DNA of 64,000 nt. It comes from Neodothiora populina. Lineage: Eukaryota. Below, piece by piece: positions 24,929 through 36,080 of this stretch (position 1 is the stretch's first letter; the number at the start of each line of letters is the position of its first letter). The notes beneath the pieces were generated by a model. The model was not told the origin of the DNA, ran no database searches, and worked only from the letters and a program-made list of their open reading frames with translations. The stretch is from the NCBI RefSeq assembly GCF_041146345.1, contig NW_027191417.1, positions 1,302,001 to 1,366,000 on the forward strand. The letters are read 5' to 3'. A program made the position numbers and the translations under genes.

Positions 24929-27073
24929 ATGCTATTACCTACGTTTTTCCACACTCGAGCACAAGACCAAATGGTCAAGCGAAACACATCACCTAGCGAT
25001 TCATTGAAAGGCATACCGTCATGTGCACAGCAGTGTGTCGCCACTGCGATCCAACAAAACTTCAACTCCACCGTCTGCTCAAGTCCTTCCGATCTGGGGT
25101 GCTTATGCTCGCATTACAGTGTGCAAGGATTGACGCTGGGGGAGACCGCTCTCATCTGCCTCAATAATGGATGCAAGCAGGAAGCCGCCGACAAGCCCGC
25201 GAGCATGGGTGCATATAGCGCGAGTGCGTATAGCGTGTGCTCTGGGCAGACGAAAGCCGTTTCTCCTACGCATAGTGGGGTCCTCACTGTGTCTACGACT
25301 ATTGCCTCTGAGACTGTGAGCCAGACACTGCTGAGCTCTTCGGTCACGGCTACTACGATTGGTTCTTCGACTCTTTCATCACGAAGCACCTCGACGGCCA
25401 CGTCTTTGTCGAGTTCGGCATCTACTCACGCATCTATTTTGGTCACTAGTACTGTCACGACTTCTCCGCTTTCGTCGAGTCAATCTACTTCAGATAATTC
25501 CCCGTTGGTTACAGCTTCGGCGACATCATCTGATTATACCACAAGCACTTCCCCCGAGTCACATTCGTCTGGCACGCTGACCGGGGGACAAGCAGTCGAA
25601 GTGTCTCTCGGCACCATCGCTGGTGTGGGCTTTTTGATAGCACTCATTTTCTGCTGTGTCTGCATCAGACGAAAGAAGGAAAGAAAAGAGAAAAAGGAGA
25701 AGAGGAATCACGGCTCATTTGACTTTGTTGACAAGTCACCCTCGCCAGACGCGGCGTTTCCGCCCTCTGCATATGTGATCCGCGGGCAACGCCACGATCC
25801 CGTTCGGGTTCCCGAAGAAACCATACAGCATAATCGTGTCTACCGAACCCCGCCACCACCCCCACCTGCTCCCAACACGTCGAAGCAACGAGTCTCTCTC
25901 GTCGATAAGCCAGTCCCGCCGATCCCGGTCTATCGTCCAGTCACACAGTGGCCAGCGCAGAAGGAACCATCCTTGGGACAGACGATGAGCCCAGTAGGAG
26001 CCAAGTGGAAGCCCCCGAGACCTCCTAGACCTGACAGCAATGCCACGACGTTTACCATGTTCGAAGAGGATGGCAAGATGCGTCAATCTAAACACATTCC
26101 TAGCTTGCCCTCTTCACCCTTGATGGTTATACGACCTAACACCAGGCCGACGATGAAGCCACGGTTCGCAGAGCAGTACACGCTTTCTCCAGAAGAGATG
26201 TACCACCCCAGTCTTTCTTTAGAGATACCCCCGATGCCGGAAGGAGGCGCGATCAATTCTCATCCCTTGCCCTCACCAACTCAGTTGACTCCGGATTCAC
26301 CGTCGATGATGCGCAGGAGGTCCAACCGCATATCGATGCCGCCCAATAGCGCAATCAGTTATCTTCCAGCTTACTATACCAGCAACGACAGCCGCACGCC
26401 GGTCATCGCTTTCCGTAGCCCCTATAGGCTCAGTGCGGCGGATCCGATGCCAAGACTACCACCACCGAAGCCATCACACATGTCTTACGCCTCCGACACG
26501 ACCGACTTCGAGTCCGTCGATCCCGAAGAAGTGACGCCTCCAGAAGAAACGAACAAGCGGCTCTCCGACGTGGCGGAAAGTCCCATCTCGACGCTACGCT
26601 ACCCCAAAATACCCCGGCCGTCGAACCAGGCGGTTCCGCGATCGCCTCCAGTATCTAGATGGACCGCATCGTCGACGGCGTTCTCGCCCTCGTCTGCGCA
26701 CGAGAGACAGGCTTCGCCGGGGTTCAAATTCACTTCGTTCTCGCCTGACGTCGCGCACGCAGACGAGAAACAACAGACTCTGCTCACGAAGCGGCGAGGC
26801 GAGGATGTGCAGCTGGATCTGGAGCAGCGACTTTACGTGGCGGGACACGAGCACGCCGCCATGCGAGGCAGTAGTGTCTACTCACAGAACTCTGCGCTCC
26901 GTGGTCTGCGCGTCGGGGAGCTGGGCTCGCCGTCGAGAGCCGGTCACAAGCACAAGAACAGCGTCTTGCCGTCGTCGCAGCTGAGTCCGGACTTGGTGAT
27001 CAAGAGTCCGTTGTGGGAGCCGGAGTTGACGCCGAGCAAGAGAGGGGACGATTTGTTCATTTCTGTCCATTGA
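24929..27073 (+). CDS. CFEM-domain single-pass membrane protein with Ser/Thr stalk and Pro/Ser-rich cytoplasmic tail
   Basis: Eight-Cys CFEM pattern (IPSCAQQC...VC...DLGCLC...IC...GC...VC), S/T-rich region, transmembrane segment VSLGTIAGVGFLIALIFCCVCI followed by RRKKERK. Confidence 0.82.
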   Translation: MLLPTFFHTRAQDQMVKRNTSPSDSLKGIPSCAQQCVATAIQQNFNSTVCSSPSDLGCLCSHYSVQGLTLGETALICLNNGCKQEAADKPASMGAYSASAYSVCSGQTKAVSPTHSGVLTVSTTIASETVSQTLLSSSVTATTIGSSTLSSRSTSTATSLSSSASTHASILVTSTVTTSPLSSSQSTSDNSPLVTASATSSDYTTSTSPESHSSGTLTGGQAVEVSLGTIAGVGFLIALIFCCVCIRRKKERKEKKEKRNHGSFDFVDKSPSPDAAFPPSAYVIRGQRHDPVRVPEETIQHNRVYRTPPPPPPAPNTSKQRVSLVDKPVPPIPVYRPVTQWPAQKEPSLGQTMSPVGAKWKPPRPPRPDSNATTFTMFEEDGKMRQSKHIPSLPSSPLMVIRPNTRPTMKPRFAEQYTLSPEEMYHPSLSLEIPPMPEGGAINSHPLPSPTQLTPDSPSMMRRRSNRISMPPNSAISYLPAYYTSNDSRTPVIAFRSPYRLSAADPMPRLPPPKPSHMSYASDTTDFESVDPEEVTPPEETNKRLSDVAESPISTLRYPKIPRPSNQAVPRSPPVSRWTASSTAFSPSSAHERQASPGFKFTSFSPDVAHADEKQQTLLTKRRGEDVQLDLEQRLYVAGHEHAAMRGSSVYSQNSALRGLRVGELGSPSRAGHKHKNSVLPSSQLSPDLVIKSPLWEPELTPSKRGDDLFISVH

Positions 27074-28948
27074 ACTTTTGGTTTTACTGGTTTGCAGGTC
27101 TGACGTCTTTTGACGGGACCAATGTTTCCTTCGTTTGCCCGACTATCCTTCTCTTTTCTTTTCTGTCCTCCTTGTCCCATCGTTTCTAAAGCAACCCTTC
27201 AGTCCTTTTCTTTTGCGGTCGTTCCAAGCATTTTCAGGCGTATTAGAGCGATCGGGTCGAACGCAACAATGAACAATGATACCCAGATATACATTCGAGG
27301 GGGAGGAGAATGTTTCAACCAGTGTACATTAAATCAAGGAGAATTAGATTGAGAAATCGAAGCAAATACATGGATAAAGAACACGATCCGGCTCCTCACC
27401 TTACCTTACTGTACCTTACCTTACCATAGTATACCCAGAAAGAATGATGGCTATCTGCTTTTGCAATGGCGACTCTGAGATATAATGAGATACAAGAGAT
27501 AAAAAGAGATCGGACAACACTGCATTACACCGCTACTGTACTGCATCTCGACACCCCCAAAACATATGAGTAGCATATATGATAATGCATTGGGCAGAGG
27601 GTAGCAGTAGTATTGTACAGGTACGATGCGATAGGAAAGATAAACAAATGCCAACAAGGTAAAGCGGAAGAAACAGAGATAAAAAGGAACAGACTGCCAG
27701 ACACATACACACGGACCGACAGACCGAAGCAACCGACCATTGCGGAGAGCATACCTTACCGTACCTGTAAATTCAATAATCACGACATATGGAAAGAAAA
27801 AAAAAGGTAGTCGTAGAGCGGAGGGCTACAGAGACCCTCCTTTCCGGAAAAAGCAGACCATTTCTCAAGACCCGTCCGGACGATCAAGCACTGTCCCACG
27901 ATTCTTCAGTGTTCCAGAAATCGGCGCGCCGGGCTTGGGATGGGCGGACCACTGCACTCCGAGACGAGCGACAGAGGAAGTCAAGGAGGGGTGGGGAGGA
28001 GGGGCAAAGCTCCATGCACTGGGCTGGCTGGCTCTCTTCACACGCTCACCGAGCTCGGCGTTTGAATCAGAATTGGACCGGCGTTGCTCCCCTGCCTGGC
28101 GGGCTTACTGCAGTACTGTACCATACCCTAGGTATTCAGCCGACAGAAGACTGGCTACGCGGGGAGGGGTGGATGAAACGCCGAAACGAAGAGAGAGGTA
28201 CTTCTCTCAGCTTACCGCCTCCCGGGGACACTGGCATGTGTTTTATTTTCAAAAGAGATTGTGTAGAATATTATGTTCAGGGACCCGGGTAAATCTGTGT
28301 AGTCTGACATGTTTCGTCCCCCATGTGTGAGCAGGGCGATGGATAGAGGATGATATGGGTTTGTTTTTCGACCAAGTGCTGCAGAAGTGTTTTGAATATA
28401 CTGTACTTGGATTTTTTTGTCAAAAGACTAGATGTTGGAGCGGTCAACATGGCGAGACATTGGAGAACAAAAACACAGACTGCAGTATTGTACTGGCGGC
28501 AGCGGAGGACTAGTGGTCTGGAAAGCGGCAATGGGAAAACGACTCTGACTGTTACAGAGTTACAATGCAGTAGCAATGACGATTTGCCTCCGGCCTATGA
28601 GCGGCCCTACTCAGACGGGGCACGAAAAAGTGTGGGCATCAGTCGTCCGTGAGTGGCAGATACTGGCAGATACTGGCAGATAGTGGTGGAAGCAGAAAGC
28701 TACAGCGGCGTGGTCCTGGCCCTTGGTCTTGGTTGCCCCTCCATTTTAGCCCACCACAGACCTCTTGGAGTTGAGCAAAGCGCCAAGTGACAATCAACCC
28801 ATTACGTCGGTCAACCTCAACGACATCAGCAGAAGCTTTTCCAGATTCATCCGTGGTCCTTGTGTTCTTCTACCTTTCTTATCCCTTCCCAAAACCCTCT
28901 CTATCCTTTTCCTCATACCATTTAATTTTCGCTATACATCCAGCAATC

Positions 28949-31497
28949 ATGGGTAACAGCGATATCGACCAGTTGTGCATCAACACCATCAGGACGCTCG
29001 CCGTGAGTATCTCCCCGTTGTTTCTGTCAGGCATTAAGCTGCTTCGAAGCTGTTTCTGCTGCTGCTGCTGCTGTTGCTCCCGCCGCCCCTCACCGACCCC
29101 CCTCCTTCCTGCCAGGGAGCTTCGGACCTTCCACTTTCACTCGTTCTTGCCACAACCATCCATTCGAGATGCTTAGTATGACCATACTGACACTCTATCC
29201 AAGGTCGATGCGACCGCCAAGGCCAACTCCGGCCACCCCGGTGCGCCAATGGGCATGGCTCCCATTGCTCACGTTCTTTTCAACAAGTTCATGAAGTTCA
29301 ACCCCAAGAACCCTAGCTGGCTCAACCGTGACAGATTCGTTCTCTCGTAAGACTCACCGCTTTCCCGTTTGTTGCAATGCTTTCATCGAGTCCAGAGATG
29401 CAGTTTGGAGCTTCACTCGGCCTGTCCCCCGGGATATCGAGTCATAGCTACAGCTGTAATCTTAAGGGCACAATCACCGAGTTCAAATATGAGATCGAGT
29501 TGCTGATGTCAATCGCCCTACAGGAACGGTCACGCTTGCATGCTCCAGTATGCTCTTCTCCACCTTTTCGGCTACGCCGTCAGCATGGACGACCTGAAGA
29601 ACTTCAGAGTAAGCAAAAGACGAAGCACCAGCACTTTGGTGCAGTAGATTAACCAATGCACACAGGCTCTTGACTCGATCACCCCCGGTCACCCTGAGGC
29701 TCACGACACTCCCGGAATCGAGGTCACCACTGGTCCTCTCGGTCAGGGTTTCGGTAACGCCGTTGGTCTTGCTGTTGCTCAGGCACACACCGCTGCCACC
29801 TTCAACAAGCCCGGCTACGACCTTGTCGACAACTACACCTACTGCTTCTTCGGTGACGGTTGTGCCCAGGAGGGTATTGCCTCCGAGGCTGCCTCCACTG
29901 CCGGTCATTTGCAGCTCGGTAACCTCATCATGATCTACGACGACAACCACATTTCCATCGGTAAGCCCCACAAAGTCTCTTTGTCTTCGATTGCCGCACG
30001 CTAACAACCCATTCAGATGGTGACACCAAGTGCTCGTTCACCGAGGATGTCATGAAGCGTTTCGAGGCCTACGGCTGGCACACTCAGTGGGTCAAGGACG
30101 GTGACAACGACCTCAACGCCATGGCCGAGGCCATCAAGAAGGCCCAGGAGGTCAAGGACAAGCCTTCCGTCATCAAGCTCACCACCACCATTGGTTTCGG
30201 TTCCCAGCTCCAGGGTACCGGCGGTGTCCACGGCAACCCCCTCAAGCCTGACGACATCAAGCACGTCAAGTCTCTCTTCGGCTTCGACCCCGAGAAGACT
30301 TTCGTCGTTCCCCAGGAGGTCTACGACACCTACCACAAGCACGCCGCCGAGGGTGCCGCTGCCGAGGAGGAGTGGAACAAGCTCTTCGAGAAGTACGGCA
30401 AGGAGTACCCCGAACAGTACAAGGACCTCAAGCGTCGTTTGAGCGGTGCCCTCCCCGAGGGCTGGCAAGACAAGCTCCCTACATACAAGCCTTCGGACCC
30501 TGCCATCGCATCCCGCAAGCTTTCCGAGTCGGTCCTCGAGGCCATCTACGAGCACGTTCCCGAGCTCATGTCCGGCTCTGCCGATCTGACTGGCTCCAAC
30601 AACACCCGCTGGAAGAAGGCCGTCGACTTCCAGCCCCCCAACACCGGAATCGGTGAGTGGTCCGGTCGCTACATGCGTTACGGTGTGCGCGAGCACGCCA
30701 TGGCTGCCCTCATGAACGGTATGGCCGCCTACGGTACCATCATCCCCGCCGGTGGTACTTTCCTCAACTTTGTCTCATACGCTGCCGGTGCCGTGCGTCT
30801 CTCGTCGCTCTCCCACCAGCGTGTGCTCTACATTGCCACGCACGACTCCATCGGTCTCGGAGAGGACGGCCCTACTCACCAGCCTATCGAGACGCTCGCA
30901 CACTTCCGTGCTCTGCCCAACATGATGGTCTGGCGTCCCGCTGACGGTAACGAGTGCTCGGCCGCATACTACGTTGCCCTTACCAGCAAGAACACCCCCT
31001 CCATCCTCGCCCTCACTCGCCAGAACCTTCCTCAACTCGAGGGTTCCACGCTCGAGAAGGCCATCAAGGGTGGTTACGTCGCCCTCGAGGACAAGGACGC
31101 CAAGGTCACCCTTGTGTCCACCGGTTCCGAGGTCGGCATCTGTCTCGAGGCCGTCAAGTACCTCAAGGAGAAGCACAACACCGCTGCCCGTGTCGTGTCG
31201 ATGCCTTGCGTCGAGGTCTTTGACGCCCAGGACAAGGACTACAGACTGTCCGTCATCCCCGACGGTATCCCTGCCCTTTCCGTCGAGGTCATGTCGACGC
31301 TTGGCTGGGAGAAGTACTCTCACGAGCAATTCGGTCTCAACAGATTCGGTGCTTCCGGACCTTACAAGGAGGTGTACGCCAAGTTCGAGTTCACCCCTGA
31401 GGGCATCTCCAAGCGTGCCCTTGCCACCATTGACTTCTACAAGGACGTCAAGCCCCTGCGCTCTCCTCTCCAGCGCGCCTTCCTCCAGCTCATCTAG
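28949..31497 (+). CDS. TKL1: Transketolase; 5 exons (28949-29002, 29204-29346, 29524-29608, 29666-29960, 30017-31497)
   Basis: [54 protein letters not shown] thiamine-binding motif; [24 protein letters not shown]. Confidence 0.97.
29056..29073 (+). repeat. (CTG)6 microsatellite in transketolase intron 1
   Basis: ctgctgctgctgctgctg read directly. Confidence 0.85.
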
Positions 31498-32638
31498 ATT
31501 TGTAGATGATGCGGTGAGTGTGGGATGTTGATGAATGCAGCAGGCAGTAAAAAGGCATTGAGACTTCCTCCTTAAGGGAGGAGTGATGCCCTGCTATGAA
31601 ATTTTTACATAGAATGAAATGGAGACACGATACCAAATTCTCTTTTGCTGTTGCCTTTCTTTTGCTATTGTCTACTCGTGTGCATCTTGTAGTGTGCAAC
31701 GTAGCGTATAGTCGTCATACGAGACCGCCGAGGTAAGATGCAGTCGAAACACGTGATGATCAAAAATGGGGGGAGCCACGGCCGACGTGGGGGCGGAACA
31801 CAATGGTGCGAGCAGTATCGGTTCGGCTAACCTTGACATACTGTAAAGTAGTCGCGGGCTGTTCATTATTAGTGCAGCAGAGTTTCGGGCGTGGGACGAT
31901 TACGGAGTCCGCAGACGGCACGCTTAGAGTAGGTACTCGTAGGTAGCAAATGTGGGGGCGCGGCAAGTGGTGGGTGTCTTTGGGGGAGTGCATACAACCT
32001 AAGGTGTCGTAGTCATAGTTTCGTACAATTGCCGTTCCTTGGGTCTTTTGGATTTAGCCGGACATAAGTATGACGGAGACGGCGAGGCAAGCTCGCAGGG
32101 ATGCAGTTGGTGAAGAGTGTATGGCTTCAGCCTTGTCTATTCCCATAGGTATTTGTTCCATCGCGACCACTGCCAGTCCAGTCAGTCACGGTCGCTCGAC
32201 GGAAGATCTTTAGTGAGTGCAAATCTCATTTGCTATCTACAGCAGATCAGGGGCGACGCTGCTTACGGGATCCTGCATTATTGCTACGATAAAAAAAACC
32301 AGTGCAGCACAGTTCCGTACTGTACATGTTGCATAGAGGCAGCCAAAACCAAGGGCGGATAGTTGCTTATCTCCATCATTGATGATATTCTAAGCCGGTC
32401 CGAGACATACTTGTACAGTACACACCTTTAATAGCCCACTGTATTATATCCTATATCCCACTGCTGTCCCCCGGCTCTGTTTTGCTATCACGACAATATT
32501 CCTATCTCTCGGTCTTTTTTACATATTCTTTTGCGCTCACAACATACAAACCCACATGATCAAAACAAAGACAACGGCCTGGAACTAGTATACTCTTGCC
32601 GCCCTGCTGCATCATAAACCGATACATATAACCCAAGG

Positions 32639-34495
32639 ATGGAGAGGCAGTATCACCTCAACCAGCATCCGCAGCCTCATCCACAAGTACTTCACCAGAC
32701 ACAACAATCACAGCAGCCGCGCAGTGCCGCTCGAGAGTTACACGTACACAGCCAAATCAGCAGTCCCAAGGAGCAAACAATAGAACACCATGGAGTCACG
32801 ACAGGCCCGAATACAGTGCTCATGCCACCTCCGGGCAGGAAAGACTCGTACAGAAGACGCAATAGTCTCCCAGGCGCAGCGAGTCCCTCGAGTAGCGGAC
32901 TCGGCATCCTGACTCCCGACCAAATGCACCGCTTCGCGCCCTCATCACACGACATTTCGGCCGCTATAACCGAATTATCCAAGCAGCCAACCTCGTCGCC
33001 CTCTTCGCTCTCTCAGATCCAGGCCGCTCTCAACAGCCCTTGTTATTTCCACAAGCGCTTCGGAGATGCTGTCAATTTCGAAAAGGTGATTGAGGAGATC
33101 CAGGAGGACGATCACATCTCTCACAGCCGCCTCATGCAGACGGCCGCCAGTGTCCGCGAGGTCTCGAGGCAGTTGCAGAGGAGATCGACGAAACAAGCCG
33201 TCAGAAATGTCATGATTGTCACAAAGGCGAGGGACAACAGTCTTGTCGGCTTGACGAGGGAACTGGCCGAGTGGTTGCTCACCGAGCCCCGATACGGCAG
33301 GAACGTCGGCATAAATGTATATGTCGATTCCAAACTTCGCCGGTCCAAGAGATTCGATGCTCAGAGTCTCGTCGACAAAGACGTACGCTTCCAGACCATG
33401 TTACGCTACTGGACCCCGAATCTATGTTTTGCATCTCCCGAACTGTTTGATCTGGTAGTCACTCTCGGCGGAGATGGCACTGTCTTGTTCACCTCCTGGC
33501 TATTCCAGCGTATCGTCCCGCCGGTCATGTCTTTTTCCCTCGGGTCTTTAGGATTCCTCACCAACTTCCAGTTCAAGCAATTCAAGGAACAGCTAAACGT
33601 CATCATGGGAGACGGAGGCATGCGGGTGACGATGCGCATGCGTTTCACATGCACCGTCTACCGCGCCGCTCACTCACGCACCTCTTCGGCATCATTAAGC
33701 ACAGTCGCATCTTCGGACGCACCACTAGGCAAATCCACATCACATCCGCCACAGTCACAAACCTCGAAGATCGAGGGTGAGACTCACGAGGTCTTGAACG
33801 AACTCGTCATCGATCGAGGCCCATCGTCATATATCTCGTCTCTCGACCTTTACGGCAACGACAGCCTGCTCACACGCATATCCGCCGACGGAATAATCCT
33901 AAGTACACCGACGGGAAGCACAGCATATTCTCTATCGGCAGGAGGCTCGCTAATCTACCCGGACATCCCCGCCATCCTCCTGACTCCCATCTGTCCACAC
34001 ACATTGTCCTTCCGGCCCATGATCCTGAACGACAGTATGGAGTTGAAAGTCAGCGTGCCCTCCAAAGGCCGCGGAAGCGCCTTTGTCAGTTTCGACGGCA
34101 AGGGCCGAGTCGAGCTGGGAAGGGGAGACGAAGTCGTCGTCAGAGCCTCCCGATACCCCTTCCCCACCGTCTTGTCCCAGCCCATGGAGTGGTTCGACGC
34201 CATCAGTCGCACTCTGCGATGGAACACCCGCGCCGCGGACCAAATGGGCTGGGACGGCAAGAGCAACCGAAAGTCCGCCGGGACGATCCGCGTCGGTGCT
34301 GGCGAAACAGATGAAATCACAGAAGAAGAAGACGAGGTCGACGACGAGGACGAGGACACGTACGGTGGCAAAGCGGGACAGCGACGAGCGGGCGAACCGG
34401 TGTTTGATATCGACTTTGACGACGATGAATTCGTCGATGAAAGCAGTAGCAGTGTGAAAGACTCCGGGTATTCGGGGTCTAGTAGCATGGCATGA
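32639..34495 (+). CDS. ATP-NAD kinase (Utr1/Yef1-like), single exon
   Basis: TLGGDGTVL, FSLGSLGFLT, LNELVIDRG, ADGIILSTPTGSTAYSLSAGG, LTPICPHTLSFRP; Gln/Ser-rich N-terminus and acidic tail. Confidence 0.93.
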   Translation: MERQYHLNQHPQPHPQVLHQTQQSQQPRSAARELHVHSQISSPKEQTIEHHGVTTGPNTVLMPPPGRKDSYRRRNSLPGAASPSSSGLGILTPDQMHRFAPSSHDISAAITELSKQPTSSPSSLSQIQAALNSPCYFHKRFGDAVNFEKVIEEIQEDDHISHSRLMQTAASVREVSRQLQRRSTKQAVRNVMIVTKARDNSLVGLTRELAEWLLTEPRYGRNVGINVYVDSKLRRSKRFDAQSLVDKDVRFQTMLRYWTPNLCFASPELFDLVVTLGGDGTVLFTSWLFQRIVPPVMSFSLGSLGFLTNFQFKQFKEQLNVIMGDGGMRVTMRMRFTCTVYRAAHSRTSSASLSTVASSDAPLGKSTSHPPQSQTSKIEGETHEVLNELVIDRGPSSYISSLDLYGNDSLLTRISADGIILSTPTGSTAYSLSAGGSLIYPDIPAILLTPICPHTLSFRPMILNDSMELKVSVPSKGRGSAFVSFDGKGRVELGRGDEVVVRASRYPFPTVLSQPMEWFDAISRTLRWNTRAADQMGWDGKSNRKSAGTIRVGAGETDEITEEEDEVDDEDEDTYGGKAGQRRAGEPVFDIDFDDDEFVDESSSSVKDSGYSGSSSMA

Positions 34496-34735
34496 CTAGA
34501 TGGCAGTGCTGCTTCGCTCAGTCATACTGCTGGTGGTGGTACTGCTACGACTCGTGCCGGAGATCCTCAGCCGTCTTCATCTCATCGTGTGGTCATGAGA
34601 GGACTGTAGAACTCGACATTTCTATTCCTGTCTACACACACTAATTCTTTCAGAAGAAAAAGCGCAAAAGAGATTACTTGGATAACATAGAGAAAAGAAA
34701 ATAGCAATCGCTGTTCTCAGTACAGCTTCACGCAG

Positions 34736-34755
34736 CATAGCATAGCATAGCATAG
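34736..34755 (+). repeat. (CATAG)4 pentanucleotide repeat
   Basis: catagcatagcatagcatag read directly, between convergent genes. Confidence 0.8.
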
Positions 34756-36080
34756 CGAATGCGCCAGTTCTCTGGACCTTTTTTCCTCTCTCTTCCTCGC
34801 CTCTGCGTTCCAGATCTCCCTAGAATAGCTAACAGCAAATCCATTATTGTGAGTGTCTTGTATATATTGCTCCTGCTGCCACCTGAGTAAAAGCGTACTC
34901 GCCAGCTGTACAAGTGGTATAGACAATGTGAAATGAGCCCACCTATTTCACTTGTAATCCAATCGTATTCACTCCTGAGGGCTTTTGTCATCTCTACTAT
35001 TGCTTCCAGTAGTGCTTCTTCTTCTCACTGTGCTTATAATGCCAACAGTGCGTGTGGTGCGTGTATTGCTTGCCCTGACGCTGCTCACACACAGCGGCGG
35101 CGAGTAAGCGCCACTGCCTCTGCAACGCATAGTACCTGTCTATGCATGCACTCTCTCTCGCACTCTCTCTTTCTCTTATAATTAGTGCGCAGGGCCCACG
35201 AAAGCGTCAAAGTAATCAGGCGCGCAACACTCGACTTTGTTGCATTTGCTATCAGTATCGCTAGGATCCAGCGACTGCTTTTGATTGAGGACAGGGTCTC
35301 CCCTAAAATCAACATCCTATCTGCCGGGAAGCTAGTGGTAGATGATAGTAAAGCCACCATAAGAACTCCGTCTCTACCTCTACTCTGCCATTTACTTGAC
35401 GCAGTCTATTCCCCATGGTTACTCTGTGACGGCGTCTTGTCTGATTCGTCGATGGTTAGCAGGTGGGCTGGGCTGTATATATATTTTAGAGATGCAAGAG
35501 GCGTTGCATGCGTAGGTTTGATATATTCATCACAACCATGAAATCACGCAAGGAGCATGGATTCAGAGGGGGAAAAAGGGTTGCTCTGATTGGTGTTGCT
35601 CAATGCATTGATCCTATATAGCAGAAAGCAGAACGCTACTGTAAGAGAACTGTCCCCATGACCAGCCCAGCGAGCCAGCCAGCCGAACAAGCAAGCAAGC
35701 CAGGTCGACTTAATGCAAACCAACCCTGCATACAGTGGGGTGCATACAACAACGACGATGAAAGGCAAACTGATATAAGTGGGAAAGAAATCCATTCATC
35801 CTCCGTTGCATTCGTATCTGCGTTTTCGTTATAGCGTTGAGATTACTATGTAGCCAGAAAACAAGAAAAGAGAGAAAAGGGAGGGGGGGGGGTATTGCGA
35901 AATAAGTCATCCGTTTCATAAAGCGTGAATGATTACAAGTTTCCCGTTTCCGTTCACTAGGCGGCAGGGAGAGGGCATATCGGACAAGGTGTCGGGTGAA
36001 GAAAGAAACGAAAAATTGAACAAGGTGAGTGGATTCGAGACTGCGGCCAGGGGGGAAAATAAGCAACCGGAGAGTCATTT

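Noticed and set aside
27360..28900. Short ORFs (up to 196 aa) and a 10-bp tandem (TGGCAGATAC-type, about 3 copies near 28654-28682) upstream of TKL1
   Set aside because: No codon bias or domain signal; the repeat is too short and lacks spacers or terminal structure to be a CRISPR array or mobile element.
29003..29523. Long transketolase introns (201 and 177 nt) as a possible TPP riboswitch or snoRNA host, since the enzyme uses TPP
   Set aside because: I found no TPP aptamer core (CTGAGA ... TGAT..GG.TAAT.CC.GCG) and no RTGATGA box C; only a CTG repeat and a C-rich tract.
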